This document shows positions 32,622-42,092 of a DNA stretch of 48,224 nucleotides, one piece after another. Source of the stretch: a virus; the IMG/VR virus record IMGVR_UViG_3300045988_113942; one strand, given 5' to 3'. The notes beneath the pieces are model-generated. The model did no database searches. It was not told the origin of the DNA and was given only the letters and a program-made list of their open reading frames with translations. The translations under genes and the position numbers were made by a program. Each line of letters begins with the position of its first letter. Position 1 is the first letter of the stretch.

Positions 32622-33329
32622 ATGGACGCACTTTGGAAAGTTCCTGATGTGCCGAGCCTCATCAAAATTGGTGAGGTATCGAGCATCGATCCTGCGAAAT
32701 GTACTGCTCGCGTTGTTTTCGACGACGAGGATGGACTCGTGAGCTACGACCTACCCGTTCTTCAGCGCAACACGCTCAAGAATCACGACTTTGCGATGCC
32801 CGATGTGGGTGAAGACACAATCGTACTTTTCTTCGGTGAAGGGCAGGAAGACGGCGTCATCATCGGTTCGATTTACGCGGGCGAAGTAACGCCTCCGGAA
32901 TCGACCGAGAACCGGCGCACGGTTGTCTTCGACGACGATACGCGCGTCTGCTACGACCGCCAGGAGCACAAGCTCACTGTGACGATTGAAGGTACGGAGA
33001 TCGTGTTCAATCGGCAGGACGGCTCCATTACGGTCCCGAATGCCGTCACGATCAACTGCACAACTGCGACGGTCAAGGCGTCGTCGAGCGTAACGCTTGA
33101 CACGCCGAAAACGGACGTTACTGGTGTGCTGAATGTAACGGGGCTCATTACCGGGAAAGGCGGTCTTGCTGTCAGCGGTGGTGGCGGTGCGGCCGTAACG
33201 GTCTCCGGAAACATGAATCTGGAAGGTCAGATCGATGCGTCGAGCGATGTTGTCGCAGGCGGTATCAGTCTGATGAACCACCAACACAAAGAACAAGGCG
33301 ACGGCTCTCCGACGAGTCCGCCGCTGTAA
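32622..33329 (+). CDS. Baseplate spike / assembly protein V
   Basis: IKIGEVSSIDPAKCTARVVFDD is an OB-fold start. There are beta-helix repeats and a C-terminal HQHKEQGDG apex motif. Confidence 0.85.
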   Translation: MDALWKVPDVPSLIKIGEVSSIDPAKCTARVVFDDEDGLVSYDLPVLQRNTLKNHDFAMPDVGEDTIVLFFGEGQEDGVIIGSIYAGEVTPPESTENRRTVVFDDDTRVCYDRQEHKLTVTIEGTEIVFNRQDGSITVPNAVTINCTTATVKASSSVTLDTPKTDVTGVLNVTGLITGKGGLAVSGGGGAAVTVSGNMNLEGQIDASSDVVAGGISLMNHQHKEQGDGSPTSPPL

Positions 33330-33344
33330 GGGGGCGAGAAGAAA

Positions 33345-33746
33345 ATGGGCCTGGGATTTTCGGCAGTCGGTCTTTTCGGCAAGCTGCCTTTTTTATGTAG
33401 TAGCGCAGTGACCTTTACGTTCAAGGACTTATCGGTTTCGCGTAGCACTCGGTGGGCGACGCACGAGATTATCGGAAAGAAGCCGGTGCTTGAGTACATC
33501 GGCCCAGGGCTTACGGAGGTCAGCTTCAACATTCAGCTGAACTCAATGTTGGGGACGCCGCCTTTGGCAGCGCTCATTCAGCTCAAGAAAATGCTCGAGA
33601 AGAAACAGGCTGAGCGACTGCTCATCGGGCCAGACTACCTTGGAAAGTTCGTCATTGAGTCGATTGGTGAGGAGCGCAAGTATCACAACAACCTAGGCAT
33701 CTGCGTCTCTGCAGAGGTCAGCATCAACTTGAAGGAGGCAGCGTAA
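33345..33746 (+). CDS. Tail protein U (P2 gpU-like)
   Basis: FKDLSVSRSTRWATHEIIGKKPVLEYIGPGLTEVSFNIQL. Confidence 0.8.
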   Translation: MGLGFSAVGLFGKLPFLCSSAVTFTFKDLSVSRSTRWATHEIIGKKPVLEYIGPGLTEVSFNIQLNSMLGTPPLAALIQLKKMLEKKQAERLLIGPDYLGKFVIESIGEERKYHNNLGICVSAEVSINLKEAA

Positions 33747-34073
33747 ATGGCTCAATACACAGTAACGCTACCAAGTCAAGTTGACTTCGCGCCGTCGGAC
33801 GAGGTGCGAGAGATTCTGCAGAACGTGCGGACGATTCTCAGCACGCGTAAGGGCTCCGTTCCTCTGGACCGAGACTTCGGGCTGACGTGGGCGCATATCG
33901 ACAAGCCGATGCCGGTCGCAAAGATGTTGATGCGGTCTGAGGTGATAGACGCGATTGAAGAGTACGAGCCAAGGGCAACAGTCGTTTCTGTCGACTTTGA
34001 CGAGGATACGGCGAGCGCGATGGACGGCATTTTGAAGCCGCGCGTTGTCGTTCAAATCGGAGAGGAGGAATAA
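33747..34073 (+). CDS. Baseplate protein W (gp25-like)
   Basis: EILQNVRTILSTRKGSVPLDRDFG. Confidence 0.88.
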   Translation: MAQYTVTLPSQVDFAPSDEVREILQNVRTILSTRKGSVPLDRDFGLTWAHIDKPMPVAKMLMRSEVIDAIEEYEPRATVVSVDFDEDTASAMDGILKPRVVVQIGEEE

Positions 34074-34076
34074 GAC

Positions 34077-35213
34077 ATGGCAGAAACTATTCCACGCTGG
34101 CACTTGCCAGCGGTTGAGTTTTTGGAGACGGACGCCGAGACCATCAAGGCCGAGATTATTACTGGATATGAGCAGGCGAGCGGACGAACGCTTGCGGCGG
34201 GTGACCCAGTTCGCCTCTACCTGTTGAGCCTCGCTGCTGTCATCATTCAGCAGCGCACTGCCGTGAATCTGGCGGCACAGCAGAATCTGCTTTCATACGC
34301 TCAGGACGGCTATCTCGATGCGCTCGGTACGCTTTTGAGCGTTACGCGTCTTGCCGAAAGTAGGGCCGTTACGACGATCAAATTCACGCTTTCGCAGGCT
34401 CTGGCGACGGTCTACACGATCCCAGCAGGAACCGAGGTGACGAACGGCGTTGTGACTTTCGCAACGGACCATGAGCTCAATATTGAGAAAGGGAAGCTCG
34501 AAGGGAGCGTCACTGCATCCTGCACCGTTGCGGGGACGGTCGGCAACGATTACCTTGCCGGGCAGGTCAACACGATCGTCAAGCCGATGACGTTCGTCTC
34601 GAAAGCTGAAAACACAACGATCACGACGGGCGGTTCCGAAGCGGAAAGCGACGAGTCTCTTGCAGAGCGCATTCGCCTCGCACCGAACGGCTTCTCTGTT
34701 GCAGGTCCTGAGAAGGCGTATGTCTACCATGCGAAGAGCGTGTCGAGCTCCGTGCTAGACGTTTCTGTCACCTCCCCGACACCAGGCGAGGTCGATGTTT
34801 ACGTTCTGCTCGCGGGCGGTGAATTGCCTTCAAAAGAAACGCTTGAGCAGATCGATGCGTACTTGAGTGATGAAACGCGTCGACCTCTCACGGACTTCGT
34901 CCAGGTGCTTGCGCCGAAGGCCGTGAATTATGAGCTTGAGATTCATTACTGGATCAGTCGCGAGGACAGTTCGCGCGCCGAGCAGATCAAATCTGATGTT
35001 GAAAAGGCGGTCGAAAAATACCGCGTGTGGCAGCAAGGAAAAATCGGGCGCGACATTCTCCCTGCAAGGCTCATTCAGTACGTCATGCAGGCGGGAGCTT
35101 CGCGCATCGACAACCCGACGATGAAGCCAGTTGATTTCCAGAAGCTCGAAAGCGACCAGGTCGCGCAGTGCACGGGCGTGAAGATCGTTTACGAGGGCTA
35201 CAAGGATGAGTAA
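34077..35213 (+). CDS. Baseplate protein J
   Basis: 378 aa; TIKAEIITGYEQASGRTLAAGDPVRLYL. Confidence 0.9.
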   Translation: MAETIPRWHLPAVEFLETDAETIKAEIITGYEQASGRTLAAGDPVRLYLLSLAAVIIQQRTAVNLAAQQNLLSYAQDGYLDALGTLLSVTRLAESRAVTTIKFTLSQALATVYTIPAGTEVTNGVVTFATDHELNIEKGKLEGSVTASCTVAGTVGNDYLAGQVNTIVKPMTFVSKAENTTITTGGSEAESDESLAERIRLAPNGFSVAGPEKAYVYHAKSVSSSVLDVSVTSPTPGEVDVYVLLAGGELPSKETLEQIDAYLSDETRRPLTDFVQVLAPKAVNYELEIHYWISREDSSRAEQIKSDVEKAVEKYRVWQQGKIGRDILPARLIQYVMQAGASRIDNPTMKPVDFQKLESDQVAQCTGVKIVYEGYKDE

Positions 35214-35874
35214 GGAGCTCGCGGAGGTAAGGCTGAGCGACTTGCTTCCGGACTCAATTGCTCAAGACGACAACGTCAGGCACAGCGCGACGGCGCTCGA
35301 CAAGCAGTTGCTCGATATGACGGCGGCGGTTGATCTTCCGTCGATTTACGTCAGCATTGACAAGCTCACGAGCACGCAGCTCGACCACGTCGCCTATGGG
35401 TGGGATGCGAGCGTCTGGCGCGATTCCTGGCCCGTTGCTTTGAAGCGTAGCGTCCTGAAAAACGTTGTGAGGGAAAAGCGAAAGAAAGGGACGCTTCGTG
35501 CTGTCAAAGATGCCGTTTCTTCGATCGGTTCGGCTGCGACCATCAGAGAGTGGTGGCAGATGGAACCCAAGGGAACGCCTCACACGTTCGAGATTCAGGC
35601 GACGCTTGGAAACATAGACGGCACGCTTGATGCCGAAATGCAGGAGGACCTTTTCGCGCTCGTCGACGACGCGAAGCCAGTCCGTTCGCATTACACCTTC
35701 GTGCTCGTGAGACAGCTACAGGGCGGCATGGGTGTTGACGGTTATCTTCGCCCGGTGGCTTACGCGCGTATTCGCTCTGAAGAGATTGTGAGCCGAGACA
35801 TTGATGCGGCTGTCGGCATTTTCGTCGGGGCACGGCCTATCGCGATGCGCTCGCTCGTCGGCCTCGCAAAATAA
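35206..35874 (+). CDS. Tail protein I (P2 gpI-like)
   Basis: LLPDSIAQDDNVRHSATALDKQL. Confidence 0.85.
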   Translation: MSKELAEVRLSDLLPDSIAQDDNVRHSATALDKQLLDMTAAVDLPSIYVSIDKLTSTQLDHVAYGWDASVWRDSWPVALKRSVLKNVVREKRKKGTLRAVKDAVSSIGSAATIREWWQMEPKGTPHTFEIQATLGNIDGTLDAEMQEDLFALVDDAKPVRSHYTFVLVRQLQGGMGVDGYLRPVAYARIRSEEIVSRDIDAAVGIFVGARPIAMRSLVGLAK

Positions 35875-35886
35875 GGAGGGGTTTTT

Positions 35887-36957
35887 ATGGACATCGTTTT
35901 GACGACGGCAGGTATTCAGGCCGTTATCAACGCAAAAGAGACCGGGACCAACGCCGTCACCATTTCTGAGATCGGTGTCGGCACCGGCAAATACACAGCA
36001 AGTAAGGAGCAGACACAGTTACAAGCTCAAGTCAAGCGCTTGCCGATTCTCGAAGGTGGGCAAGCAGGTGACAATGCGATTCACGTCGCATGCAAGGACG
36101 ACGGGCCGGGCGCGTACGAGGTGTGCGAGTTCGGCCTTTTCCTTTCTGACGGGACGCTTTTCGCGGTCTACTCGCAGAGCACTCCGATCATTGCAAAGCA
36201 GGAGTCAAGCAATTTGCTCCTTGCTATCGACATGAAGCTCGAAGGCGTCAGCACCGGGAACGTCACTTTCGGCGACATGTCTTTCTCTTTCACAGCCGCA
36301 ACACGTGAAAACGCAGGAATCGTTGAGCTTGCTACTGACGAAGAAACGCAGGCAGGGACCGATACGCAGCGAGTCGTGACGCCCGCCAGTCTGAAGAGCT
36401 TGACTTCTACGGCAAAGCGTGCGGGTCTCATCCGCACAGCATCGGAAGGCGAAGCGAAGGCGGGAACGGAAGGCGCGGCTGCTCTCACGCCTGCGACCCT
36501 GAAAGGCGCGGCTGCTTCCGAAGCGGAAACGATCGAAGGGAAGTCCGGGACGCTCTATGTGACGCCTCTCGGCCTTCGAGGCTTGAAAGCTACGACCGGA
36601 CGAAACGGTCTTGTCGAATTGGCGACCGAGGCAGAGGCAAAGGCAGGGACGGACAAAGAACGCGCCGTTACTCCTGCGGGTTTAAAGGCTGTCGTCGATG
36701 AGGCGACCCCGGACGCAAGTGAAGCCGCCAAGGGGCTGATTCAGATTGCTTCTGCGGTTGAAGCTACAGCCGGAACAGACGCTCTGAAGGCAATGACGCC
36801 CGCGACAGGAAAGGCTGCGCTCGATGCGCGAATTGCTACGGTTGAAGAGGCGAAGGTTGGCACGTCGACGACGAAGCTCATCACGCCAGCAACTCTGAAA
36901 GCCGTTGTTGATGCGGCTGTGGCTGCTGCTCTGGCGAAACAAGGAGGTGCCGAATAA
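35887..36957 (+). CDS. Tail fibre protein 1 (DUF3751-like N-terminus plus five fibre repeats)
   Basis: N-terminus TTAGIQAVINAKETGTNAVTISEIGVGTG. The repeat G(I/L)VELAT.EE..AGTD....VTPA.LK recurs five times. Confidence 0.8.
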   Translation: MDIVLTTAGIQAVINAKETGTNAVTISEIGVGTGKYTASKEQTQLQAQVKRLPILEGGQAGDNAIHVACKDDGPGAYEVCEFGLFLSDGTLFAVYSQSTPIIAKQESSNLLLAIDMKLEGVSTGNVTFGDMSFSFTAATRENAGIVELATDEETQAGTDTQRVVTPASLKSLTSTAKRAGLIRTASEGEAKAGTEGAAALTPATLKGAAASEAETIEGKSGTLYVTPLGLRGLKATTGRNGLVELATEAEAKAGTDKERAVTPAGLKAVVDEATPDASEAAKGLIQIASAVEATAGTDALKAMTPATGKAALDARIATVEEAKVGTSTTKLITPATLKAVVDAAVAAALAKQGGAE

Positions 36958-37853
36958 TGGCCAACACAATTTTGATCACTGATGCCGGTCTGGCAGAGGT
37001 CGTCAACGCCGAGCAGTCTGGTACCGCGCCCGTCGTCATCACCGAGGTGGGATACGGCACGGGGCAATACACGCCAACGAACGACCAGACGGCCTTGAAG
37101 GAAGAGTTCAAGCGTCTGACGACCATCGCAGGAGGTGCGGTTGGAGACAACGTCATCCACCTTGCGGCTCGTGACGATTCGACTGAGGCCTACACAGTCT
37201 ATGAGGTCGGTCTCTACACGGCGAGCGGAACCCTTTTCGCGGTTTGCTCGCAGACGGTTCCGATCATCCAGAAGGCTTCACAGTCGCAGGCGCTGCTCGC
37301 GATTGATCTTTCGGTGACGGACTTCTCTGCGGACTCTATCGCTTTCGGCGATACGAACTTCTTGAACCCGCCCGCAACGACAACGACTCTCGGCGTTGTC
37401 GAGCTTGCGACGAATGAAGAAACGATCGCGGGAACAGATGGAACGCGTGCCGTCACGCCGAATAGTCTCAGCGCTCGAACAGCGACGGAAAGCCGCACCG
37501 GTTTGATCCGCATCGCCGTTCCGGCTGAAGTGCTTTCAGGAAAGGACAACACGAAGGCTGTGACGCCGTTTGGGTTGCTGTCTGCCTTTTTGAAGAATCA
37601 TGGCGACAGCGGCTTTCAGAAGTTGCCGAATGGCTTGATTGTGCAGTGGGGTAAGACTTCGATTGCCGCCGATGGTTCGACCGTCGTTGCCTTCCCTGTT
37701 GCTTTCCCGACTGGAGTCGTTTTTGCGAACGCAACTCCGACCGGGGACGTTTCAGCAGACTTCGTCGCTACTGGCTTGACGAAGGGGAACGCGACCTTCA
37801 AGCACAACGCAAACGGTAAAGTCCCGGCGCTTTGGATGGCACTCGGATTCTGA
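36957..37853 (+). CDS. Tail fibre protein 2 (paralogue of fibre 1 with a different C-terminal domain)
   Basis: It has the same DUF3751-like N-terminus (TDAGLAEVVNAEQSGTAPVVITEVGYGTG). The C-terminus is GFQKLPNGLIVQWG...VAFPVAFP. Confidence 0.8.
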   Translation: MANTILITDAGLAEVVNAEQSGTAPVVITEVGYGTGQYTPTNDQTALKEEFKRLTTIAGGAVGDNVIHLAARDDSTEAYTVYEVGLYTASGTLFAVCSQTVPIIQKASQSQALLAIDLSVTDFSADSIAFGDTNFLNPPATTTTLGVVELATNEETIAGTDGTRAVTPNSLSARTATESRTGLIRIAVPAEVLSGKDNTKAVTPFGLLSAFLKNHGDSGFQKLPNGLIVQWGKTSIAADGSTVVAFPVAFPTGVVFANATPTGDVSADFVATGLTKGNATFKHNANGKVPALWMALGF

Positions 37854-37867
37854 AAGGAGAGGACAGA

Positions 37868-38236
37868 ATGGCTTACTTCTACAGCGCGTCTCAACGCGCT
37901 TTTTACTGCACGGAGATTGTGTCGGTGGATGTCATGCCCGCCGACAAGGTGGCGGTTTCAGACGAGGCATACAAGAGCCTCATGGCCGCACAGAATGCGG
38001 GGAAGTTGATCCGTCCGGGGGCGGGCGGAGCTCCTGAAGCCGTCGACCAGACGGGCGCTGTCGCAACTGGCATCGTCCACGAGCTGACGGCTGCAACTGC
38101 TGACAAGCTGGGTCACATCAAGATCGGCAAGAACGTCGACGTTGATGTTGACGGAACAATCTCTGTCAATCTCTCGAAGGACATAGGCGATCGAAGGGAC
38201 CGCGCTCCTGAAAAGCCCGATTACGGCCTGAGTTGA
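37868..38236 (+). CDS. Tail fibre assembly-like protein
   Basis: YFYSASQRAFY......P.D.V.VSDEAYKSLMAAQNAGKLI is Caudovirales Tfa-like. It ends RDRAPEKPDYGLS. Confidence 0.6.
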   Translation: MAYFYSASQRAFYCTEIVSVDVMPADKVAVSDEAYKSLMAAQNAGKLIRPGAGGAPEAVDQTGAVATGIVHELTAATADKLGHIKIGKNVDVDVDGTISVNLSKDIGDRRDRAPEKPDYGLS

Positions 38237-38249
38237 AGGAGGTGGAAAC

Positions 38250-38615
38250 ATGGGAGCGGTCAAAAATTTTACGCTCGATCAAGGCTCCGATAAGACGGTG
38301 TCCTTCATCCTGAGCGACAAGAACGGTCCGCTTGACCTGACAGGATATTCAGCCGCCATGCAGTTGCGCAGGTACGCATTCAGCGAGGAAGCAATTGACA
38401 CGCTGACGACGTGTAATGGTCGTCTTCTGCTCGATGAATCGGCGGGAAAGGTCACAGCGAAATTCAAACATGAAAACACAGAAGGGTACCCGGGTGACAC
38501 GGTGCTGTACGACCTGGAGCTTCAGTCTCCGGACGGCGAAATCACGCGGGTCGTTGAGGGAAAAATCAAGGTCTCCCCGGAGGTGACTCGTGTTAAATGC
38601 GCGCGCAAGGCGTGA
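38250..38615 (+). CDS. Hypothetical Ig-like / fibre-associated protein
   Basis: 121-aa ORF with GGAGG upstream. Confidence 0.45.
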   Translation: MGAVKNFTLDQGSDKTVSFILSDKNGPLDLTGYSAAMQLRRYAFSEEAIDTLTTCNGRLLLDESAGKVTAKFKHENTEGYPGDTVLYDLELQSPDGEITRVVEGKIKVSPEVTRVKCARKA

Positions 38616-38829
38616 GCTCGCAATTACTGCGCAAATCACGTCAGAAGAAGAAATTCAAGTAGATGCTCAATGTCAGGACATCGTTCCCAAGGTCGTGACC
38701 GTTGAGGTTCCTGGCATTCAGGGGCCGCCGGGAAAGGACGGTGCGCCTGGTAAGGACGGAGAGGACGGTCAGGATGGCACCTCTTTCGTCGAACGCATCG
38801 ACAACTCTTTCATTGACAATCTTTTTTAA
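38590..38829 (+). CDS. Small collagen-repeat protein
   Basis: GIQGPPGKDGAPGKDGEDGQDG is a run of seven G-X-Y triplets. GTG start. Confidence 0.45.
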   Translation: MLNARARRELAITAQITSEEEIQVDAQCQDIVPKVVTVEVPGIQGPPGKDGAPGKDGEDGQDGTSFVERIDNSFIDNLF

Positions 38830-38849
38830 TCGTAAAGGGAGTGAGAAAA

Positions 38850-39707
38850 ATGAGTGCTTTGAATGCTTTTTTAGACAAGCAAGGTTTGACTCATTACGAC
38901 AGCAAATTGAAGACGGTCGTTGCCGGGCAGATGACGATCGAGGGGCGCACGATCACGTTGAAGAGCGTCTCTGGTGCAACGCTCGCAACGGTAACGATGC
39001 CGCAGACGATCTATGAGCTTGCAACGGATCAGAAAAACGGTCTGATGAGCAAGGGAGACTTCGCCAAGTTGCAAGGTATCGCGGCTCAGGCGACGAAGGT
39101 CGAAAACTCTGAAACGAACGGGAACATCCAGATCAATGACGTGGAGACGCCCGTTTATGTCCATCCGACCGTGACGGCAGGCGCTCTTGTGTCTGGGCTC
39201 TACAAAATCACGACCGACGGCAATGGACACGTTACCCTCGGCACGAAGGTTGTCAAGGGCGACATCACGGCACTCGGTATTCCGGCGCAGGACACGACGT
39301 ATGGCCCGGCCACGGCTGATGCTGCGGGGCTGATGTCTGCTGCCGACTTCACAAAATTGCAAGGAGTCGCTGTGGGAGCTCAGGTCAACGTACTCGAAAA
39401 AGTGAGCGTCAACGGCGGTGCTCTGCCGGTCAGTTCGAAGGGCGTCAATATCGATCTCACGCCGTACGCTCTAAAAACGGATATTGCGAGTGCCGTGAAT
39501 TACAAGGGCTCTGTCGAAAACTATGAGGCTCTGCCGACCAAGGATGTGAAGGCAGGCGATATGTACAACGTCGAGAGTGCCGATCCTTCTCATCAGATTG
39601 ACGCAGGAATGAATGTCGTCTGGAACGGCGAAAGTTGGGACCCGATGGCCCCGATGATCACGATGACTGGCATTACGAACGAAGAGATCGACGCCCTCTT
39701 CGCGTAA
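38850..39707 (+). CDS. Fibre-like protein with repeated GLMS..DF.KLQG motif
   Basis: N-terminus SALNAFLDKQGLTHYDSKLK. GLMSKGDFAKLQGIA and GLMSAADFTKLQGVA both occur. Confidence 0.65.
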   Translation: MSALNAFLDKQGLTHYDSKLKTVVAGQMTIEGRTITLKSVSGATLATVTMPQTIYELATDQKNGLMSKGDFAKLQGIAAQATKVENSETNGNIQINDVETPVYVHPTVTAGALVSGLYKITTDGNGHVTLGTKVVKGDITALGIPAQDTTYGPATADAAGLMSAADFTKLQGVAVGAQVNVLEKVSVNGGALPVSSKGVNIDLTPYALKTDIASAVNYKGSVENYEALPTKDVKAGDMYNVESADPSHQIDAGMNVVWNGESWDPMAPMITMTGITNEEIDALFA

Positions 39708-39719
39708 GGGGGTGTGCTC

Positions 39720-39932
39720 ATGGCTAACAGTTTTCTCGACTTAAACGGGCTCGCCAATTTCAAAGCGAAGCTTGAGAAGAGCCTTAGCGATGAGTATGCG
39801 AAGAAAGCCGAGGTCGTCACCAAGGAGGAGGCCTCGGCCTTCGCAAGGCTCAAGACATGCAGCGAGATCCGAGACCGAGCACCGACAAAGCCGGACTACG
39901 GCTTATCAAAAACAAAGGAGGGAGCTGAATAA
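39720..39932 (+). CDS. Small fibre-associated protein
   Basis: The N-terminus SFLDLNGLANFKAKLE echoes the preceding gene. The C-terminus is RDRAPTKPDYGLS. Confidence 0.5.
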   Translation: MANSFLDLNGLANFKAKLEKSLSDEYAKKAEVVTKEEASAFARLKTCSEIRDRAPTKPDYGLSKTKEGAE

Positions 39933-41269
39933 TGGCTCTGAAAGAACAGGATATCGTCTTTACGACGACGGATGAGGCGGGTAACACCGTCATTCAGTTT
40001 CCGATTACGCGCGTCGAAAATGTTGAAGACGCCGTGCGTACTGTGAACAAGAAGAAGCCTGACAGCAATGGCGACATTCAGATCGATGTCGACATGAGTC
40101 ATCTGGCGACAAAAGATGAGCTGACGAAGGGCTTGGCGAATAAGCGAGATCACACGATCCAGATCGCCAACGCGGACCTGAACACGCTGCTTGATGACAA
40201 AACATGGGCCTGTAGTGGGACGCTGAAGAATACTCCGATTGCTTGCACGTTCTGCATTGTGCAGGCCTACGACACGGGGGCGCCCATCAGCGGGAACATC
40301 GTGCAAGTCTGCTACGTTCCGAACCAAACCGACAACACAGTCCGCACCTTTTGGCGCAACTGCAATAATGGGGTGACCTTCGGGAAGTGGAGCGAGCCCG
40401 GGGCCGTGAAGACGGTGAACAGCGTCGCGCCTGATGCTTCTGGCGAAGTGACGTTGCCGAACGCGACGACGAGTAAATTTGGTCTTGTGCGCCTTGCTGC
40501 CGAAGAGGACGTTTTGAACGAAGCTCCCCAGACAGTGGTCTGCACTCAGCTGATCTACGAAATCAACGAGTTCCGACGTAAGTCTACGGCCTACAACGTC
40601 GGCGATAAGGTGGACTGTGCCTTCCAGTACGAGCGCTTCCTCGAATGCACGAAAGCGGGGACTACGAGTGCGGACCTGCTCGATACGCGTAGTGTCACGC
40701 ATGGTCAGGTCATTGCAGACGGGACGGTTGAATGGACCGTTCGGACGCATGTGCGTTCGATCAATGGCTATTTTGCAGATGGAAATGGCGATGTGTCGCT
40801 TGCGGTAGCCGTCAAAAAGATTGTTTTGGATGCATATTTCCCTGTTGGTACGACCTATCTCTCTGCCGATGTAGCTTTCGACCCTAACGTCTCATGGGGC
40901 GGTACTTGGGTAAAGGTTGAAAATCGCTTCTTGCTTGGTGCGGGTAGTCGGGGAGTCGGAGCGACGGGTGGCGAAGAGATGCATACGCTTACTGAAAGCG
41001 AAATGCCGCGGCACAAACACGGTATTGGTAGCGTTAGTTCGACTGGTCAGTTTACCGCAACGCATTGTTGGAACGGCGATGCTACGAACGGGGCGTTTTC
41101 TCAAACCGCTAAAGGTAATGGTGCTGGTGGCGGTGCAGCTAATGGTGCAACGTATAAGTACAGTTTTTACACGACTAGTGGTGGCTCTGTAGCAGAATCT
41201 GGTAGTGGTAATGCTCATAACAACATGCCGCCGTATGAAGTCGTTAATATTTGGAAACGCACGGCTTAA
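39932..41269 (+). CDS. Tail fibre / receptor-binding protein with a C-terminal tail-collar-like domain
   Basis: FPVGTTYLS......WGGTWVKVENRFLLGAG....TGGEEMHTLTESEMPRHKH ... NAHNNMPPYEVVNIWKRTA. Confidence 0.8.
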   Translation: MALKEQDIVFTTTDEAGNTVIQFPITRVENVEDAVRTVNKKKPDSNGDIQIDVDMSHLATKDELTKGLANKRDHTIQIANADLNTLLDDKTWACSGTLKNTPIACTFCIVQAYDTGAPISGNIVQVCYVPNQTDNTVRTFWRNCNNGVTFGKWSEPGAVKTVNSVAPDASGEVTLPNATTSKFGLVRLAAEEDVLNEAPQTVVCTQLIYEINEFRRKSTAYNVGDKVDCAFQYERFLECTKAGTTSADLLDTRSVTHGQVIADGTVEWTVRTHVRSINGYFADGNGDVSLAVAVKKIVLDAYFPVGTTYLSADVAFDPNVSWGGTWVKVENRFLLGAGSRGVGATGGEEMHTLTESEMPRHKHGIGSVSSTGQFTATHCWNGDATNGAFSQTAKGNGAGGGAANGATYKYSFYTTSGGSVAESGSGNAHNNMPPYEVVNIWKRTA

Positions 41270-41290
41270 TTTTTAATGGGAGTAAAAGAC

Positions 41291-41956
41291 ATGAAAGATT
41301 TAGAGGTATTAGTTCAATTTGATCGGCAAACTATTTATGTCAATAAATACGGGCTTAGTTTTTCTTTTACGCGCGAACAAATGAAAAAATTGCCGACTGA
41401 TGTAGATGCCAATGAAATTATTGAAATTTGGTGGAATGTTAGTGGGCAATGTTCGTATCAGATTAAAGGGGAATCTACCGCAAATCATTTCGGCGAAGAA
41501 CACTATGATGACTATGTGAAGCCTTTCGTTGATTTGTGGCAAGCCGAAAAAGACAAACTCGAGAAAGAGCGTCAAGAGGCTGAGGCGGAATACAACAGTT
41601 TTCCGAATGTCAAAGCCAGAAAACTCGATGGACTCAACGCGGCGCATGAAACAGCAGAATCGGACGCTCACGTTTTCTCCTCGTTGGGATTTGAGATTGA
41701 TGCGAACGACAGAGCGAATCGCGACGTTGAAGGCATCCTTAGAACAATCGGCGATGGCACTACGATGTTTTGTGACTACAATAACGAGTTTCACGAGCTG
41801 AACAAGGCTCAGGTAGAAACACTTCAGGTCGAGATTATTCAGAATGCCCAGGCGCTCTACGCTCAAAAATGGGCGTATCGTACTCAGGTAGAGGCAGCAG
41901 AAAACGTTGATGAGCTTGATGCCATTGAGTTTACGTTCTCGCAAATGAGGTTTTGA
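41291..41956 (+). CDS. DUF4376-like fibre-associated protein (AT-rich)
   Basis: The C-terminal half (FEIDANDRANRDVEGIL...LNKAQVETLQVEIIQNAQALYAQKWAYRTQVEAA..VDELDAIEF) fits the DUF4376 pattern. Confidence 0.5.
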   Translation: MKDLEVLVQFDRQTIYVNKYGLSFSFTREQMKKLPTDVDANEIIEIWWNVSGQCSYQIKGESTANHFGEEHYDDYVKPFVDLWQAEKDKLEKERQEAEAEYNSFPNVKARKLDGLNAAHETAESDAHVFSSLGFEIDANDRANRDVEGILRTIGDGTTMFCDYNNEFHELNKAQVETLQVEIIQNAQALYAQKWAYRTQVEAAENVDELDAIEFTFSQMRF

Positions 41957-42092
41957 TGGGGCATCGTGTTCTATCAACTCCTCAAAAGTCTATAGGGAGG
42001 TGTGCCGACATAGGAAGGCTTCCCGCGCGAAGATGCACCGATTGTGCTTACGGATAGGTGATTTTGAGCGAACCACATAGAGATTAAGGCTG

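Noticed and set aside
35887-41269. Invertible (Gin/Cin-type) or DGR-diversified tail-fibre segment.
   Set aside because: - All fibre genes are on one strand.
- No invertase or RT gene is present.
- No inverted crossover repeats or template/variable repeat pair were seen.
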